A stretch of DNA of 64,000 nt from Octopus sinensis (Eukaryota): contig NC_043001.1 of the NCBI RefSeq assembly GCF_006345805.1, positions 5,704,001 through 5,768,000 of the forward strand, in the 5' to 3' direction. Below are positions 1 through 13,400 of this stretch, piece after piece (the first letter of the stretch is position 1; every line of letters starts with the position of its first letter). A program made the position numbers and the translations under genes. The notes below the pieces were generated by a model that saw nothing but the letters and a program-made list of their open reading frames with translations, ran no database searches and was not told the origin of the DNA.

Positions 1-319
1 TTCAATTAATATGCTAATATACATATTTACAAATCAAGATAGTGTGAGTCATAACGTTGGTATTTTGGTTAATAATCATTTTATGTCCGTTGGCGACATC
101 GACACACGTGATCGCTTTCGAGTGAGAGTTAAGTTACATATAAATCCAACAAACGAGAGCAAGTGCAAGGCAACGTGCGAATAATTGCTGTTGCAACCGT
201 TATTGGTGGCGCTGCTGTTGTTTTAGTTGCTAGGCAACCTATATCCACACGACGATAAGACTTTAAAAAAATATACCATCACTAGTTGAAGCATTTCTTT
301 TCAAGTGTATGTTTGTTTG

Positions 320-329
320 ACTATGCATG

Positions 330-391
<62 letters not shown>

Positions 392-448
392 TTTGTGTAT
401 GGAAGTACACACACACATATATATATATATATAATATAATATATATAT

Positions 449-503
<55 letters not shown>

Positions 504-510
504 ACATACA
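320..510. repeat. Compound (TA)n/(GT)n microsatellite, representative of dozens in the window
   Basis: Direct reading; explains the overlapping [12 protein letters not shown] ORFs. Confidence 0.98.
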
Positions 511-521
511 TATATACATAT

Positions 522-623
522 AGAGTTGGATTTTTGCAAAAAAAGACGAAGACGTGTGTAAATAACAAACAGGTGTATTAGCTTAACACTCAGGAAGGTG
601 AGAAAGTATTTTTACGTATCGAG
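522..623 (-). mobile_element. 3' fragment of HHR-bearing small element family H2
   Basis: Reverse complement (ctcgatacgtaaaaatactttctc...ctaatacacctgtttgtt...gtcttcgtcttttt) aligns with 46968-47072; abuts a TA tract. Confidence 0.7.
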
Positions 624-1758
624 TATACATGTATGAATATATATTCATATATATGTGTGTTGGTGTGTGTGTGTGTGGGTGTATAGTATAACACAAAATA
701 CCACACTCTTACCCACGCTGGTATACAATCATTCATGTATAACGTTTAAGGGTAAAGTCTTGATTAGGGCACTAATGAGAATTGGTTTGGACCTAGAAAG
801 TTCTCCTCTGTGGCACAAGTCCAGGGTAGGTTGTTTGTGGAAGACCAGTTGTTGGCCATACATGTACGCACACACACAATATTCTACTTTCAGTTCTCAT
901 ATACCAAATCAAGTGTGTGCTTATGTTTGTGTGTAGGCGTGTATGTGTGTGTGTATTTGTGTGCGTGTGTGTCCGTGTGTATATGTGTGTATGGTTTGTG
1001 TTTCTATCTTGCGAGACCCAGTTAACCCGAGGACTGAAGCATTTAATTTCGGTATATTCTCTCCAGAATACTTGTATTTTAATATGAGCGAGAAGTAGAT
1101 AATATCAAGGAATATTTTGTCCAGCACTGTAAGAATCTAACAGATATAAACAATTTATTATTCAACTCTATATTCAACGTGTGGGTCAAATAAAACAGCG
1201 TCAGAATGTGAAAGGATATTATTAAGTTTCCATGGCTTCTCTACGTAGATACCCGAATGAGGACCCTCAACGGATTCCAATTATTTTTTGTGGACATACG
1301 ATTGGAATGATATTCTAGTGTTTTCTATTAACCTCCTCATTTTCCCATTTCCTATCATATAACAGGCTTCAATATGTTTGTGTTTTACAATATAATGATG
1401 TGATATTGAATATGATGACACTTCTCACTGACTGTGGTTTCTTCATAAAACACCATAAATGTTTTCGCTCTGAGGTACAACTGCAGAGTTAAAGTGAAAT
1501 AGTTACATCTATATAGGTAGTTACCGGAAAATGAAGAATGTTATAAAATATGTATTACATAACAATCATCATTTGATACAAATCCATACAAAATTGAAAT
1601 GTTTCTATCTACACATATATACTCGACAAAACACGCACACACACTAACGCCACAGACATAAACATCCACACAGATATATGTATATATATGTATATATATA
1701 TATATATTTACACACATATATATATATATGCATATATCTATATATGCATATACATACT

Positions 1759-1849
<91 letters not shown>

Positions 1850-2020
1850 TATGCATATATGCATATATATATATAAATGAATATATAGGTATAGGACGTC
1901 ACCAAAAATAAGCGTGTCTGTCAAAGTTGTGCCAAAACTGCTTTCACCTGTCTCAAAGGACATACGAGTTGCAGTTGCTCATCTCTTTGATTGTGTCGAG
2001 AACGATACTCTTTTACTCAT

Positions 2021-2180
2021 TTTTACTCTTCTACTTGTTTCAGTCATTTGACTGTGTCCATGCTGGAGCACCACCTTTAGTCGATCAAATCGTCCCCAGG
2101 ACTTATTCGTTGTAAGACTAGTATTTATTCTATCGATCTCTTTTGCCGAACCGCTATGTTACGGGGACGGAAACACACCA
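2021..2180 (-). mobile_element. SINE family B, 3' half only
   Basis: Matches tail of fuller copies at 4526 and 24610 (acttgtttcagtcatttgactg...gccgaaccgcta...acggggacg); breaks at TA tract. Confidence 0.9.
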
Positions 2181-2399
2181 TATATATATATATATATATT
2201 ATCAGTACAAGGAAAGAAGATCCTCTTACATAGATGTAACATATCAAATTTTGACTGGTTAATTGTTTAATACCCAATACTGTAGAACAAATTTTCCCCC
2301 TACTTATTGGTATATATACACAACATAAAATAATAAAATATTATTATTCTCCGTGTGTGTCTTCTGTCCTCTATCTGTCTGTCTCTCTCTCTCTCTCTC

Positions 2400-2486
<87 letters not shown>

Positions 2487-3141
2487 CGTGTATATATATG
2501 TATGTATGAATATATACACACATTTGTACAGAGACATATAAAGCATATATGTATGTGCGCGTGTCTTTCTCTGTTATTCAGTAATAAACATTAAATAAAT
2601 TAAGAGAGTAAAGATACTATTAATATTAATATAAAACACACTCACACACACTAGAAAAAGAAGGTGAAAAATTGGAACCCAGCGTTTGCTAAACAGAATA
2701 TTATATTTATTTCGCCATTTTTGAAGCTGGTAATGTCAATATGGTTGGACGGGAGTTGCTTCGTTGATATTTCTAGTTTGAAAAATGGCGAAATAAGCAC
2801 AATTTTCTGGGCAAAAAACCCTAGGTAACTAAAGTACACGAATTTTTGTGCGTGTGCGAGTTTTGTATGTGTGTGCTTGTGTGTGACTTATTATTATGGA
2901 TAATAATCTATACGCACATATGCATTTGTGCTATTCTGGTTTTAAGGACATAATGTCTTCCTCTAAGCTGTAAAGGAGATAACGAAAACAATGCCACATT
3001 TAGAAATTGAGAACAGTTTTGCATTTTCTTAAAGTTCTTCTGTGAGATTGTAATTGCAATGCGCGAGTTGAGTAATTTCTTTTTTCTGGAAACCCTAGGT
3101 TATCCAGATACTCTCTTTGGCATATATATACGCATGTATAG

Positions 3142-3368
3142 GGCGGCGAGCTGGCAGAATGGTTAGCACGCCGGGCGAAATGCGTAACCGTATTTCGTCT
3201 GCCGTTACGTTCTGAGTCCAAATTCCGCCGAGGTCGACTTTGCCTTTCATCATTTCGGGGTCGATAAATTAAGTACCAGTTACGCACTGGGGTCGATGTA
3301 ATCGATTTAATCCGTTTGTCTGTCCTTGTTTGTCCCCACTATGTTTAGCCCCTTGTGGGCAATGAAGA
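3142..3368 (+). mobile_element. SINE family A monomer (tRNA-like head) with TSD
   Basis: A-box-like tggcagaatggttagc, B-box-like gttctgagtccaaattcc, conserved body gcctttcatc..ttcggggtcgataaattaagtaccag; TSD atacgcatgtata at 3128-3140 and 3369-3381. Confidence 0.93.
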
Positions 3369-4525
3369 ATACGCATGTATATACGCATGTATATATACGC
3401 ATGTATATATACCCATGTATGAATGTATGTGTATGTATATTATCCCGTGTATGAATAGTCTTCTCTCCTTCAGTTTCTTTCTTTACCCTTCTTTTCTTTC
3501 CCTCTTTTTCACTCCACTTCATATCACCAAGCGTCATCGTCTACTTCTGCCTTTACCTCTCATGCAAATTTCTCCCTCCCCCTCCGTCTAACCATCGTCT
3601 TTCTACTTTCTCACAACACTGCTCACAATCCTTTTCCTTATTCTACTCTTCATTCTCAAATGCACGCGCAGTATTTTGTTTTCTCTTCCATTATAATCCA
3701 CCCTTTTTTCTTCTATTCACCAGTTGAATTAAACTTCCTCTTCACTTCTGCACAAATCCACTTCATTGTCTCTGACGCACGTGAGTGTCCCTTTTATCTT
3801 ACATTTCAGCATTCGGTTCCAATCATTCTTCATCCTTTCTCTTTCTAATCGATTCCTATCTTTCTTTATTAAATCTCTCCGTTTTTCTGCCTGTCTACAA
3901 ATCTCTTTATCTCTCTCTCTCTCTCCTCTCTCCTTCTCCCGTCTTATCTGTGTCTCCTCCTCCTTATAACACCCTCTTTAACCAGTTTTGCATACATTAG
4001 AAAATTCTGTTCCTAATTGTTACTCATTATTTCTGTTCGTCTCTTTCACGTTGCTTTTCTTTCCCTTTCATACGTAATTTCTTATTGTGGAGAATTTCCT
4101 GTAAAAAAGAAATACCTTGCTTAGAACTATTCTAAACACGCCCCTAATAAAAGACAAAACTCCGGATTCCAAACAAACTGGTAAAGGCCTGAATCAACAG
4201 TCGCAAAAACTGAACATTGACGTATTGAATAAACTCGTGTGAAATGAAAAGAGAGAAGCTGCATTTGCAAGTTAAAGTAAGGAATTTTGCCTTGCAAATA
4301 TTTTATTTCAAGTTTATTTTTAATGATGACTTCGAGAAAGAAGAAAATTTGCCATTACAAATTTCACGAAATGTCAGTAGCGAATTACATTGAAATTTCC
4401 ACCAGGTCGGCTGTGGAAATAAAAGGTACATTCTTACATTCGGCTGGTTTCGATCTATTACACTGAGCCTGTATATTATGATTCGATTTGCTAAATCAAG
4501 AGATTGTTATGAGAAGTCTCTTTTT

Positions 4526-4739
4526 TTTTTACTTGTTTCAGTCATTTGAATGCGGCCATGTTGGAGCACCGCCTTTTAGTCGAGCAAATCGACCCCAGGT
4601 CTTATTCTTTGTAAACCTAGTACTTACTCTATCGGTCTCTTTTGCCAAACCGCTAAGTAACGGGGACGTAAACATACCACCATCGGTTGTTAAGCAATTT
4701 GGGTGGACAAACACAGACACACAAACACACACACACACA

Positions 4740-4815
<76 letters not shown>

Positions 4816-5172
4816 GACAGGCTTCTTTCAGTTTCCGCCTACCAAATCCACTCACAAGGCTTTGGTCGGCCCGAGGCTATAATAGAAGACACTTTCCGAA
4901 GGTGCCACGCAGTGGAACTGAACCCGGAATTGTGTTGTTGGTAAGCAGGTTACTTACCACAAAGCCACTCCTGCGCCTATCTGTGGAATATATATATATA
5001 TATATATACGACAGGCTTCTTTCAGTTTCCGCCTACCAAATCCACTCACAAGGCTTTGGTCGGCCCGAGGCTATAATAGAAGACACTTTCCGAAGGTGCC
5101 ACGCAGTGGAACTGAACCCGGAATTGTGTTGTTGGTAAGCAGGTTACTTACCACAAAGCCACTCCTGCGCCT
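4526..5172 (-). mobile_element. SINE family B full copy with tandem duplication of its head half
   Basis: Minus-strand head aggcgcaggagtggct..tggtaag, B-box-like gggttcagttcc, CORE-like gcaccttcggaaagtgtcttct; internal (CA)/(TA) tract; 4814-4988 repeated at 5008-5182. Confidence 0.92.
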
Positions 5173-5180
5173 ATCTGTGG

Positions 5181-5213
<33 letters not shown>

Positions 5214-5439
5214 ATATATATATACAAATGTTATTTATTTTATATCTAGTTCCTTTTCACCTCCATATTTGTTTACACCGGTTGTTAGAATATTTTTGAA
5301 TTGTCTCTGCTGTGACTCAATATATCAAATAACGCAGCCGTTACACAATTAGGGACACAATAATTAATAACCTATATATATGTACATGATACACGACTTA
5401 GCTTCTGTTTTTGTCCCGTACAGCCTCTTGAAAATTGAA

Positions 5440-5595
5440 TCAGGCTTACGCTGTGTAACTTAGTGGTTTGGCAAAAGTTACCGTTGGAATAAGTAACAAT
5501 CTTTACAGAAATAAGTGCTGAGGCGATTCATTCGACCAAAATACTTCAGGGTGATGCCCTAACATGGCCGCAATCTGGTGACTGGAACAAGTTGA
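5440..5595 (+). mobile_element. Degenerate SINE family B tail
   Basis: gtaacttagtggtttggcaaaag...catggccgcaatctggtgactggaacaag resembles the family B 3' end. Confidence 0.55.
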
Positions 5596-5722
5596 TTAAT
5601 AAAAGTATATCTGTGCTTGTGTATATGTTTATAGATATAGCACTATACATTACTGCATACTTTTATCAATGATTGTGTGTCTGTGTGCGTGTGTGTGTGT
5701 GTGAGTGAGAGAGAACTGGAGA

Positions 5723-5753
<31 letters not shown>

Positions 5754-6691
5754 TGGAGTGTATTACAAAATAAATTAAGCTGATTTGCAAGATTCCAATA
5801 TTTTGTACTTTAGCATACCAACAGTCATTCATTTCTCCAAGAAATATGTTAATTACTTTGCCGCTTTGCAATAGGAATGCGATATCATATATAATGTTAT
5901 AGATTTTGAAGTTGATATAAATCTTTTTTTTTTGGTGGGTGTGAGATCAGGCCTTTATTATCATTAATATGCGTATAAATTTGAAATATGGAAATGACAT
6001 GCCTTTGGTTTTTTTCTCAAAATATTTTATATATCATATATACTTCCTTTTTATTGCATTTCATATTCCAATCATTTCAAGCATATATAATATAGCGGTT
6101 TTCAGATAACGTATGACGATGATGATGATAATGATGATGACGACGTTGACGACGACGATAATGATGTTCATTTTATTTTTTTTCAAGTATTTTTCCCAAT
6201 ATATCATTATTCATGAAATTGTGAATTCTATAGGGCATTCTAAAACAAAAGTATTTTCAATCGTTATACAGTTTTCTTATATTCTTCGTTTTAATTTGTA
6301 TTTCATATAATTTTAATTAATTTCCACAGATATACATTTATAGAGCTCTGCAATCCTATCTCATGCTTCTCGTTTATTTATTATTTCCTGGAGCCTGAAA
6401 GTAATTTTAATTTTCTTTAGATATAATTCAGCAATTAATAATGAAAATTTAAAAAATTGCTTTTCACTGTATGGAGCAGAAAACACATGAAGATATTTAT
6501 GCTAAAATCTGAAGAGTCAGTTAGAAATAGAGCTACCTTCTATAAAAAGAAAGAAACTTATATGTATATTGGAAATGTTTAAAATTTTTATTTCGAACAA
6601 AGCTATGATTCAGAATAGATGGGCTTCTTTACCCGTACAATATTCTTTTGGTGAGGTAACTAACAAACCAGCTGCAAACCATACAAAGAAG

Positions 6692-6881
6692 ACATTATTT
6701 ACATTATTTACATTTGACGAATATTTGTCCCCATATTGCTTGTTGTTAACACAACGTTTTGGCTGATACACCCTCCAGTTTTCATCAGGTGTCTTGAGGA
6801 AACTTCGAACCTGGGTTCTCATTCCTAAGGTATTTTTCGATGTTACCATTATCATCATCATCATCCTCATTATTATTATTA

Positions 6882-6926
<45 letters not shown>

Positions 6927-6970
6927 CGGTCATTGCTTGGAATCGAACTTGGAATCTTGGGGTTTAGCAA
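6692..6970 (-). mobile_element. HHR-bearing element family H1, left copy (B-box + (AAT)n + HHR + (taaataatg)n tail)
   Basis: 6692-6842 is the inverted copy of 6988-7138; minus-strand GTTCGATTCC at 6939-6948; HHR-like core at 6748-6793. Confidence 0.75.
6748..6793 (-). ncRNA. Minimal type I hammerhead ribozyme, degenerate
   Basis: gacac-CTGATGA-aaactg..cagcc-AAA-ACGT-T-gtgtt; G12>A and damaged stem II 5' strand. Confidence 0.6.
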
Positions 6971-6987
6971 GATAACAATAATAATAT

Positions 6988-7138
6988 CATCGAAAAATAC
7001 CTTAGGAATGAGAAACCATGTTCGAAATTTCCCCAAGACACCTGATGAAGGCTGCAGGGTATATCAGCAGAAACGTTGTGCTAACAATAAGCAAGATGAG
7101 GACAAATATCCGTCAAATGTAAATAATGTAAATAATGT
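6988..7138 (+). mobile_element. HHR-bearing element family H1, right copy
   Basis: Inverted mate of 6692-6842; tail of repeated taaataatg. Confidence 0.75.
7037..7081 (+). ncRNA. Minimal type I hammerhead ribozyme, near intact
   Basis: gacac-CTGATGA(7042-48)-a-ggctg/cagca-GAA-ACGT(palindromic stem III)-T-gtg; stem I cac/gtg pairs; stem II closing pair mismatched. Confidence 0.7.
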
Positions 7139-7399
7139 ACATAATTCCTCATCTCTTAAATATAGAACTGTATGGCCAGTGGTTATACATTACTTAATTC
7201 ATTCAACAGTGAATGGTAATTTAGTACTTTACAGGTTTACAGAAGTGCTTCTGCATTTATTTGTTAGATATATACATTGCGACGTGAAGCGTTCTCAACA
7301 CTCTTATACAAACATGCATGCAAACAATCACATACAAACACTTAATACATGCACACACATAGACATGCACACATACACACACTCACACACATACAGTCA

Positions 7400-7800
7400 C
7401 GCCTATATTTTCACTACGTCCCCATGACGTTTCGGAAATTTGTCACACGTGCTCTTCCCTATGTTCGTGGGAAGACCGTCGAAGAATTCTTTCGCCAGCG
7501 GCTCAGGCTTCGTGTTGCAGGTTGGACGCCTGGTCTTTCTGAAAATACCTCCGTACCCAGTGATACATATGATTAAAATCGCAGGAATTAGGAAGCCATA
7601 GACTTCGGCTGGTGAAGTCTCAGAAATTCTCAGACAACCATTTCTTACACGTCGTCGGGTATGGCAACGAACTGAATCATGTTGCCACACATATGGACAT
7701 CCTGTAGGAATCCTCTACAGCAATGGTGTGACTTCTGTCCAGAGAAGCTTCATATAACTGCCTCTGCAAACACAAACGCGCTCAATATGTAAAGTATCTG
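7400..7800 (-). pseudogene. Decayed Tc1/mariner-superfamily transposase C-terminus, maT(DD37D)-like
   Basis: Minus frames give YMKLLWTEVTPLL*..PYVWQHDSVRCHT, KKWLSENF*DF..LWLPNSCDFNHM and CNTKPEPLAKEFFDGLP..KSTCDKF, matching QQDSAPCH/WPPNSPDLNP-type motifs across frameshifts. Confidence 0.75.
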
Positions 7801-8369
7801 AAATTTAAAAAAAAACCAGGAAGGTAATGTAGCATATGCAAAGAATCGCCTTGTATATTTCCTGTCTAGCGAGTTATCCTTTATTTCACGGATATCGAAA
7901 CATTGAATCTGTGACAGACGTAAAACCGCTGAAACGTGAGATTTGTTCTCGTCTAAATGTTTCAGTCAGAACTTTACCATTTTTTAGATGAATTATATAG
8001 AGGAAGTGGAATCATTTGAAGTTCTTTGCGTCTCGTTTAAATCACAGCACGTCTGTGGCTTTGGTCCCGTTACATCTACGATTACACACGCAAGGCCTTT
8101 CCTCTCACTCTCATACACATTCACACACATTCACTCATACACACACTCATACACATATGCACGCACTCTCGATTTTATATTTATGTGTGTGTATATAAAT
8201 TTACATATATACATACAATGCATAGAAGAATATATAGTATATAAACACAAACGACAAATATAGACACATATAAATATATGCATGTGTGTCTGTAATCATG
8301 TATACATAAATATATGTTTGTATGTGTGTGTATAAATATATATAGATATAGATAGATACATACATACAA

Positions 8370-8920
8370 AATTAGTGTACATTTATATACAAAAGAGGTG
8401 ACCCTTAACAGGGCACCTTACATTCAAAATCCAAACCCGGTTAAGAGCAGTTTCGAAGGTGATAAAAAGTTTTTAAAAAATCAATAGTTACCATTTGTAC
8501 TTAGGTTTCAAACATTAATGAACAAATAACATAATCTGTTTATCTGTGTCCATCGTCAACAAGGGCCGCTATATAACATAATTATGGGACAAGTAGAGAG
8601 CACACGTACCATCTTTGTACGTTAGAAATTTTCAAATCCACCGTGAAAGCCCAGTTATCGTTGGCAGCAAATAAAATCTTTATATGCCGACTTTCTTCAA
8701 AATTGCTAAAACTTATATTGAGAAAATATAGTGTAGAAGAAAAAATTCTACCAGTGGCTTAGCATGCATAAAATAGTCAAGTAGCCAACATATTTTTGAA
8801 ATAGAATTAGTGTATATTTATACACAAAAGAGGTGACTCTTAACAGAACGCCTTACATGCTAGAAGGAACAGTCAAAATCCCAACAACGGTTAAGTGCTA
8901 TTTGGAAGGGGAGGAAAAGT
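8370..8920. repeat. Diverged ~100-bp direct repeat pair (8370-8470, 8805-8920)
   Basis: aattagtgta.atttata.acaaaagaggtgac.cttaacag...caaaatcc...cggttaag.gc..ttt.gaagg.ga..aaaagt occurs twice. Confidence 0.75.
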
Positions 8921-8934
8921 AAAAACAAATAGAT

Positions 8935-9140
8935 TGATGATAGAGAGATAGATAGATAGGTCGGTATATAGGTAGGTAGGTAAGTAGGTAGTTAGGTAGG
9001 TAAATAGATAGATAGATAGATAGATAGGTAGGTAGGTAGGTAGGTAGGTAGGTAAGTAGCCAGGTAGGTAGGTAGACAGATAGGTAGGTATGTAGGTAGA
9101 TAGATAGCTAGATAGATAGATTGATACATAGACAGATAGA
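8935..9140. repeat. (TAGA)n/(TAGG)n tetranucleotide microsatellite
   Basis: Direct reading. Confidence 0.95.
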
Positions 9141-10579
9141 TGTGAGGGTGCGAGCGTGTGTGTATATACGATACAGTGTGTGTGTGTGTCTTGATTTGTC
9201 TTGATCCCTGTTAAAGTCAGTATATTGATTGCTCTTTTGTGAAATTAGAATAATCTAAAGTAAATGTTTATCACTGTATTTCCTTCGTCGTCTAAATCAA
9301 TTGTAAACATCATTTTTTTTATTTTTGTAAGCAAACATCTCACCCAAGCAAAACAAACTCGTCTACGGAAGAACTAATGGGAATTTAGCTACAAAAATAT
9401 TTAGCTCTTTAATGAAATATCTAACTCGATATTTTTCAATAAACTCATTTGTGAATATTTCTTAATACTCTTCTTTAATTTCTGTAACTTTGACTTTTAC
9501 TTCATGTGTATTTAAATTCTTGTGTTGATTGTTAATGTCAAAGTATAAAATGAACGCCTGTTAAGTGGATTTTTTTTAAAACGTAATGTTATTATGGATG
9601 TTTATTAAAGAAAATATTGCTTCTAATTCAATTCATTAAAATCAATTGGATTGTATGTTTTCTTAAATGAGGTTATGTTTAGCTGAGTCTAGAGTTTGTT
9701 CTCGTCAGACTGTATGTGGAAGAGAATCAAATTACAGGATAATCTTGTTCGGGAAAAAAACCAAACTAAAAAGAGAATATAATATGAAAAAAAAAACGAC
9801 CAGAATTCACAGAAGGAAAATGGCAAATCAAAGCTAAAGAAGTCATTTTAGATTAATTATATTTGACATTTTGTGAACAGATTCTAAAAACATCCAGCAA
9901 TTAAAGGAGAATATTTTTTAAACTTTTTCCTATACATAAATTGTCTCGTTAAGAAAAACAAAAATAAGCATTAACGTAACTTCAATATTTAAGCGACTTT
10001 CAATGAAATTGTAAAGGAAATATATAAGTTATTTTATTCGGAATTAAGTCCTAATGTTTAGATATCTCGTTTCAGCGTTTAAATATTTGTTCATAGAAGA
10101 ATAATGGGCAGACTCACTCTGATGAAGTTGCGATATAAATTCTTTAAAACAACAATAAATGCTAAAATATCACATATTTTCCCTGAAATATAACCTCATG
10201 CGAATACTTCTTTGTGGAATCATATTGTTAATAAAATAGTCCTCTCTCCCTCCCTCTGTATCAACAAGTTTCTACGTAAGTTAGGCTAATAACACAAATT
10301 ATTATTAATGTCATATTGTTGTTGGCATCCTTTTTATCTCGGGAGACAATGGAGTTGCGCATAAAATAATCTAGTCCGGCTTTTACATTTCATGTCCTAA
10401 TAAATTTCATGCTGTGGCTGTGTAGTCCTACCCTGGACAAACACTCCCTCTGGCAGGTGCTGCAAATGTAGCGAAGACCTTTCCTGGCTGGTTGTAATGT
10501 CATAGTTTCTTGTTGATGCCTTTTCTTGTCTTTCCATTTCTCATCTCCCTCTCTTTGTCACTTCTTTGTGTTCCCTCTT

Positions 10580-11033
10580 TTACGGAACGACTCAACACGG
10601 CTATTCAAGAGAAAAGACCTAATCGTCAGCATGGAGTTCTTCTGCTACACGACAACGCCCGCCCTCATATCGCCAAAATGGTCAAAGAAGCCATTCAAAC
10701 GCATGGCTGGGAAGTGCCGCCACACCCGCCGTACTCTCCTGATTTGGCACCAACGGATTCCCACCTCTTTCGATCACTTTCAAATGTTATGTGCTGTGCT
10801 TCGTTCACACTGATGAAGATTTTAAAGCTTGGTTGGATCAATTTTTCGAGTCGAAATCGGGTGATTTCTACCAACGTGGTATTGAAAATCTTGTTGAACG
10901 TTGGGAAGAATTTGTAAATAACAAGCGTGAATACATTATTGTTTAATTAGGTGTTATTTTTTATTAACCCTTTTAAAAAGTTTAAAATGAAAAATAAAAT
11001 AAAAGCGGCGGTAACTTAGTTGCCAACCTAATA
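10580..11033 (+). mobile_element. Mariner (DD34D) 3' fragment: transposase C-terminus plus right TIR and TA
   Basis: LLHDNARPH...HPPYSPDLAPTDSHLFRSL with 34 residues between the catalytic Ds; frameshift then WLDQFFESKSGDFYQRGIENLVERWEEFV; TIR 11001-11031 (revcomp TTAGGTTGGCAACTAAG...) followed by TA. Confidence 0.93.
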
Positions 11034-11891
11034 TATATCTGACCATATGTATGTAAATTTAACTTTTATGTTTATAAATGTGTGTATGTACATGTGTGTG
11101 TATGTGTGCCTATGTCTGTGAATTTCTGTGTGTGTAGTTTAATGCTCCGTCATAGGTAGAATAAACACAAAACCTACGCCATCTAGTGAGCGATAAATTT
11201 CGTTTAATACACATAGAATGTAACCTCGTTTCTGTTGTCATATTCTACACCACATAGATAAATTCCCAATTCTACGGAAAGGGAGCAGGAAGATATTGGT
11301 TTTCGTGATTTTCTTTTCTTTCTGTTCGTTCCCCTTTATGCATCAATCATCTTTGCATTTTCTGTTCCTTTTTTCGCATTTTCCCATGTTTTCGTTTTGC
11401 ACTGAATGCCTGGGTTCTAAATACACCTAACAATATGCACATAGCCTGAAGGTCTACTTGGAGCTACATGGCATATCATATAAATCTGCCAAATTATTGT
11501 ATCTCTACAGCATGGAAATGTTCATTGCACTTTTGTAAATTGTGTATATATGTCTATATATCGTAATGTGTTCATGTATGTTACTTTTGAATGCTGCCGC
11601 ATGGCACAACAATAATTGGTTACTACATCAATAATTAACGAGGTAGAAAGGGTATAAAGATTTAGATATGTAAATATTGAGGTTGATGGAAGCGTGAGTG
11701 TGCGTTGGTGTGAATGTGTGTATAGAGACACAGGAACCGGTACGCGAAGACGTGTATGTGTAGGCTTAGATTAACGGGTCCATGAGTGCAAACATGTAGA
11801 TGCGTGTGTATGAATGTAAGCTTGATGCTGTATAAACATGTGGGTATATATGCGAATGAGAGTGTCTGATCATCGGTAAAAGTTGAATGAA

Positions 11892-12121
11892 GGCGGCGAG
11901 CTGGCAGAAGCGTTAGCACGCCGGGCGAAATGCTTAGCGGTATTTCGTCTGCGTTACGTTGTGAGTTCGAATTCCGCCGAGGTCGACTTTGCCTTTCATC
12001 CTTTCGGGGTCGATAAATTAAGTACCAGTTACGCACTGGGGTCGATGTAATCGACTTAATACCTATGTCCGTCCTTGTTTGTCCCCTCTGTGTTTAGCCT
12101 CTCGTAGGTAATAAAGAAATA
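11892..12121 (+). mobile_element. SINE family A monomer with 17-bp TSD
   Basis: TSD ggtaaaagttgaatgaa at 11875-11891 and 12122-12138. Confidence 0.96.
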
Positions 12122-12732
12122 GGTAAAAGTTGAATGAACTGACAACCTTTTATACTATTGATATCGCACGCGTACCAACATTTGTACAACACCTGCTTAA
12201 ACATATTTATAACTTAAAGTAACTGTGATGACAGGCTTTTAATACCATTACTCAACTCCCACACAATTTCGCCCGTGTTTATTCTTCATTTCATTTTCCA
12301 ACTGTCTTTCACTCGCTTGAAACATAACATACATTCCACCAACCGCCTGCTACTATCAAAATTACTTACCCTTGATAAAAATGGTTCATTTTGCTTTTCT
12401 TCCTTTCTTGTCTACAATTTGTAGTTTTTATTATATTGTAATTGCAATGAAAATTTTATTTTATTTTAACTCTTATGGACAATTTAACGATAATGACAAT
12501 CGGACCATTACTTTATTTCCTAAATAAAGCGGGCAAATTACAACATGACTGCGGAAAGTCAAGATCTTTAGCTAGATACCCCTTAATGCATGAATGTATT
12601 GGATGTGACCTACACTGCCCAGCATCCCACCTATAAGGGACAGTCGCAAGGTGGTCGAAACGATCATCGCACAAAATAAAGGGTTACATCAAAGCCGTCA
12701 TCTGTTTACTTAATCGATTATTATGTGTGTAA

Positions 12733-13372
12733 GGCTGGCAGAGACGTTAGCACGCCGGGCGAAAAGCTTAGCCGTATTTCGTCTGCCGTTACGTTCTGAG
12801 TTCAAATTCCGCCGAAGTCGACTTTGCATTTCATCTTAAGGCGATGAGCTGGCAGAAACGTTTGCACGCCGGGCGAAACGCTTACGGTATTTCGTCTGCT
12901 GCTACGTTCTGAGTTCAAATTCCACCGAGGTCGACTTTGCCTTTCATCGTTTCGGGATCGATAAATTAAGTACCAGTTACGCACTAGGGTCGATATAATC
13001 GACTTAATCCGTTTGTCTCTCCTTGTTTGTCCTCTCCGTGTTTAACCCCTTGTGGGTAGTAAAGAAATATATGTTCCGTCTGCCTTTACGCTCTGAGTTC
13101 AAATTCCGCCGAGGTCGACTTTGCCTTTCATCCCTTCGGGGTCGATTAAATAATTACCGGTTACGCACTGGTGTCGATATAATCGACTTAATCTGTTTGT
13201 CCCTTGTGGTTAATAAAGAAATAGGTATTTCGTCTGCATTGTTCGAATTCCGCCGAGGTCGACTCTGCATTTAACCCATTGTGGGTCAATAAGTACCAGT
13301 TACGTACTTGGTCGATATAATGGACTGGTCCCTTCCCCCAAAATTTCGGACCTTGTGCCTAGATTAGAAAGC
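12733..13372 (+). mobile_element. SINE family A: truncated copy followed by head + three tandem bodies
   Basis: Head at 12838; bodies restart near 13070 and 13223; last body ends in the alternative tail cccccaaaatttcggaccttgtgcctagattagaaag. Confidence 0.88.
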
Positions 13373-13400
13373 ATAATTGTGTCTGTGTGTATGTGTGTGA

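Noticed and set aside
7396-7764. Apparent minus-strand exon with tttgcag acceptor and gtatgt donor
   Set aside because: All frames contain stops; explained as a decayed maT-like transposase.
12620-12675. ggtcgaaacgatcatc as a hammerhead remnant (similar partial motifs at 28745 and 60105-60128)
   Set aside because: Core and stem I too degenerate to support.
12838-13372. Tandem SINE bodies as a CRISPR-like or satellite array
   Set aside because: Units are ~190-bp SINE modules without unique spacers; eukaryotic context.
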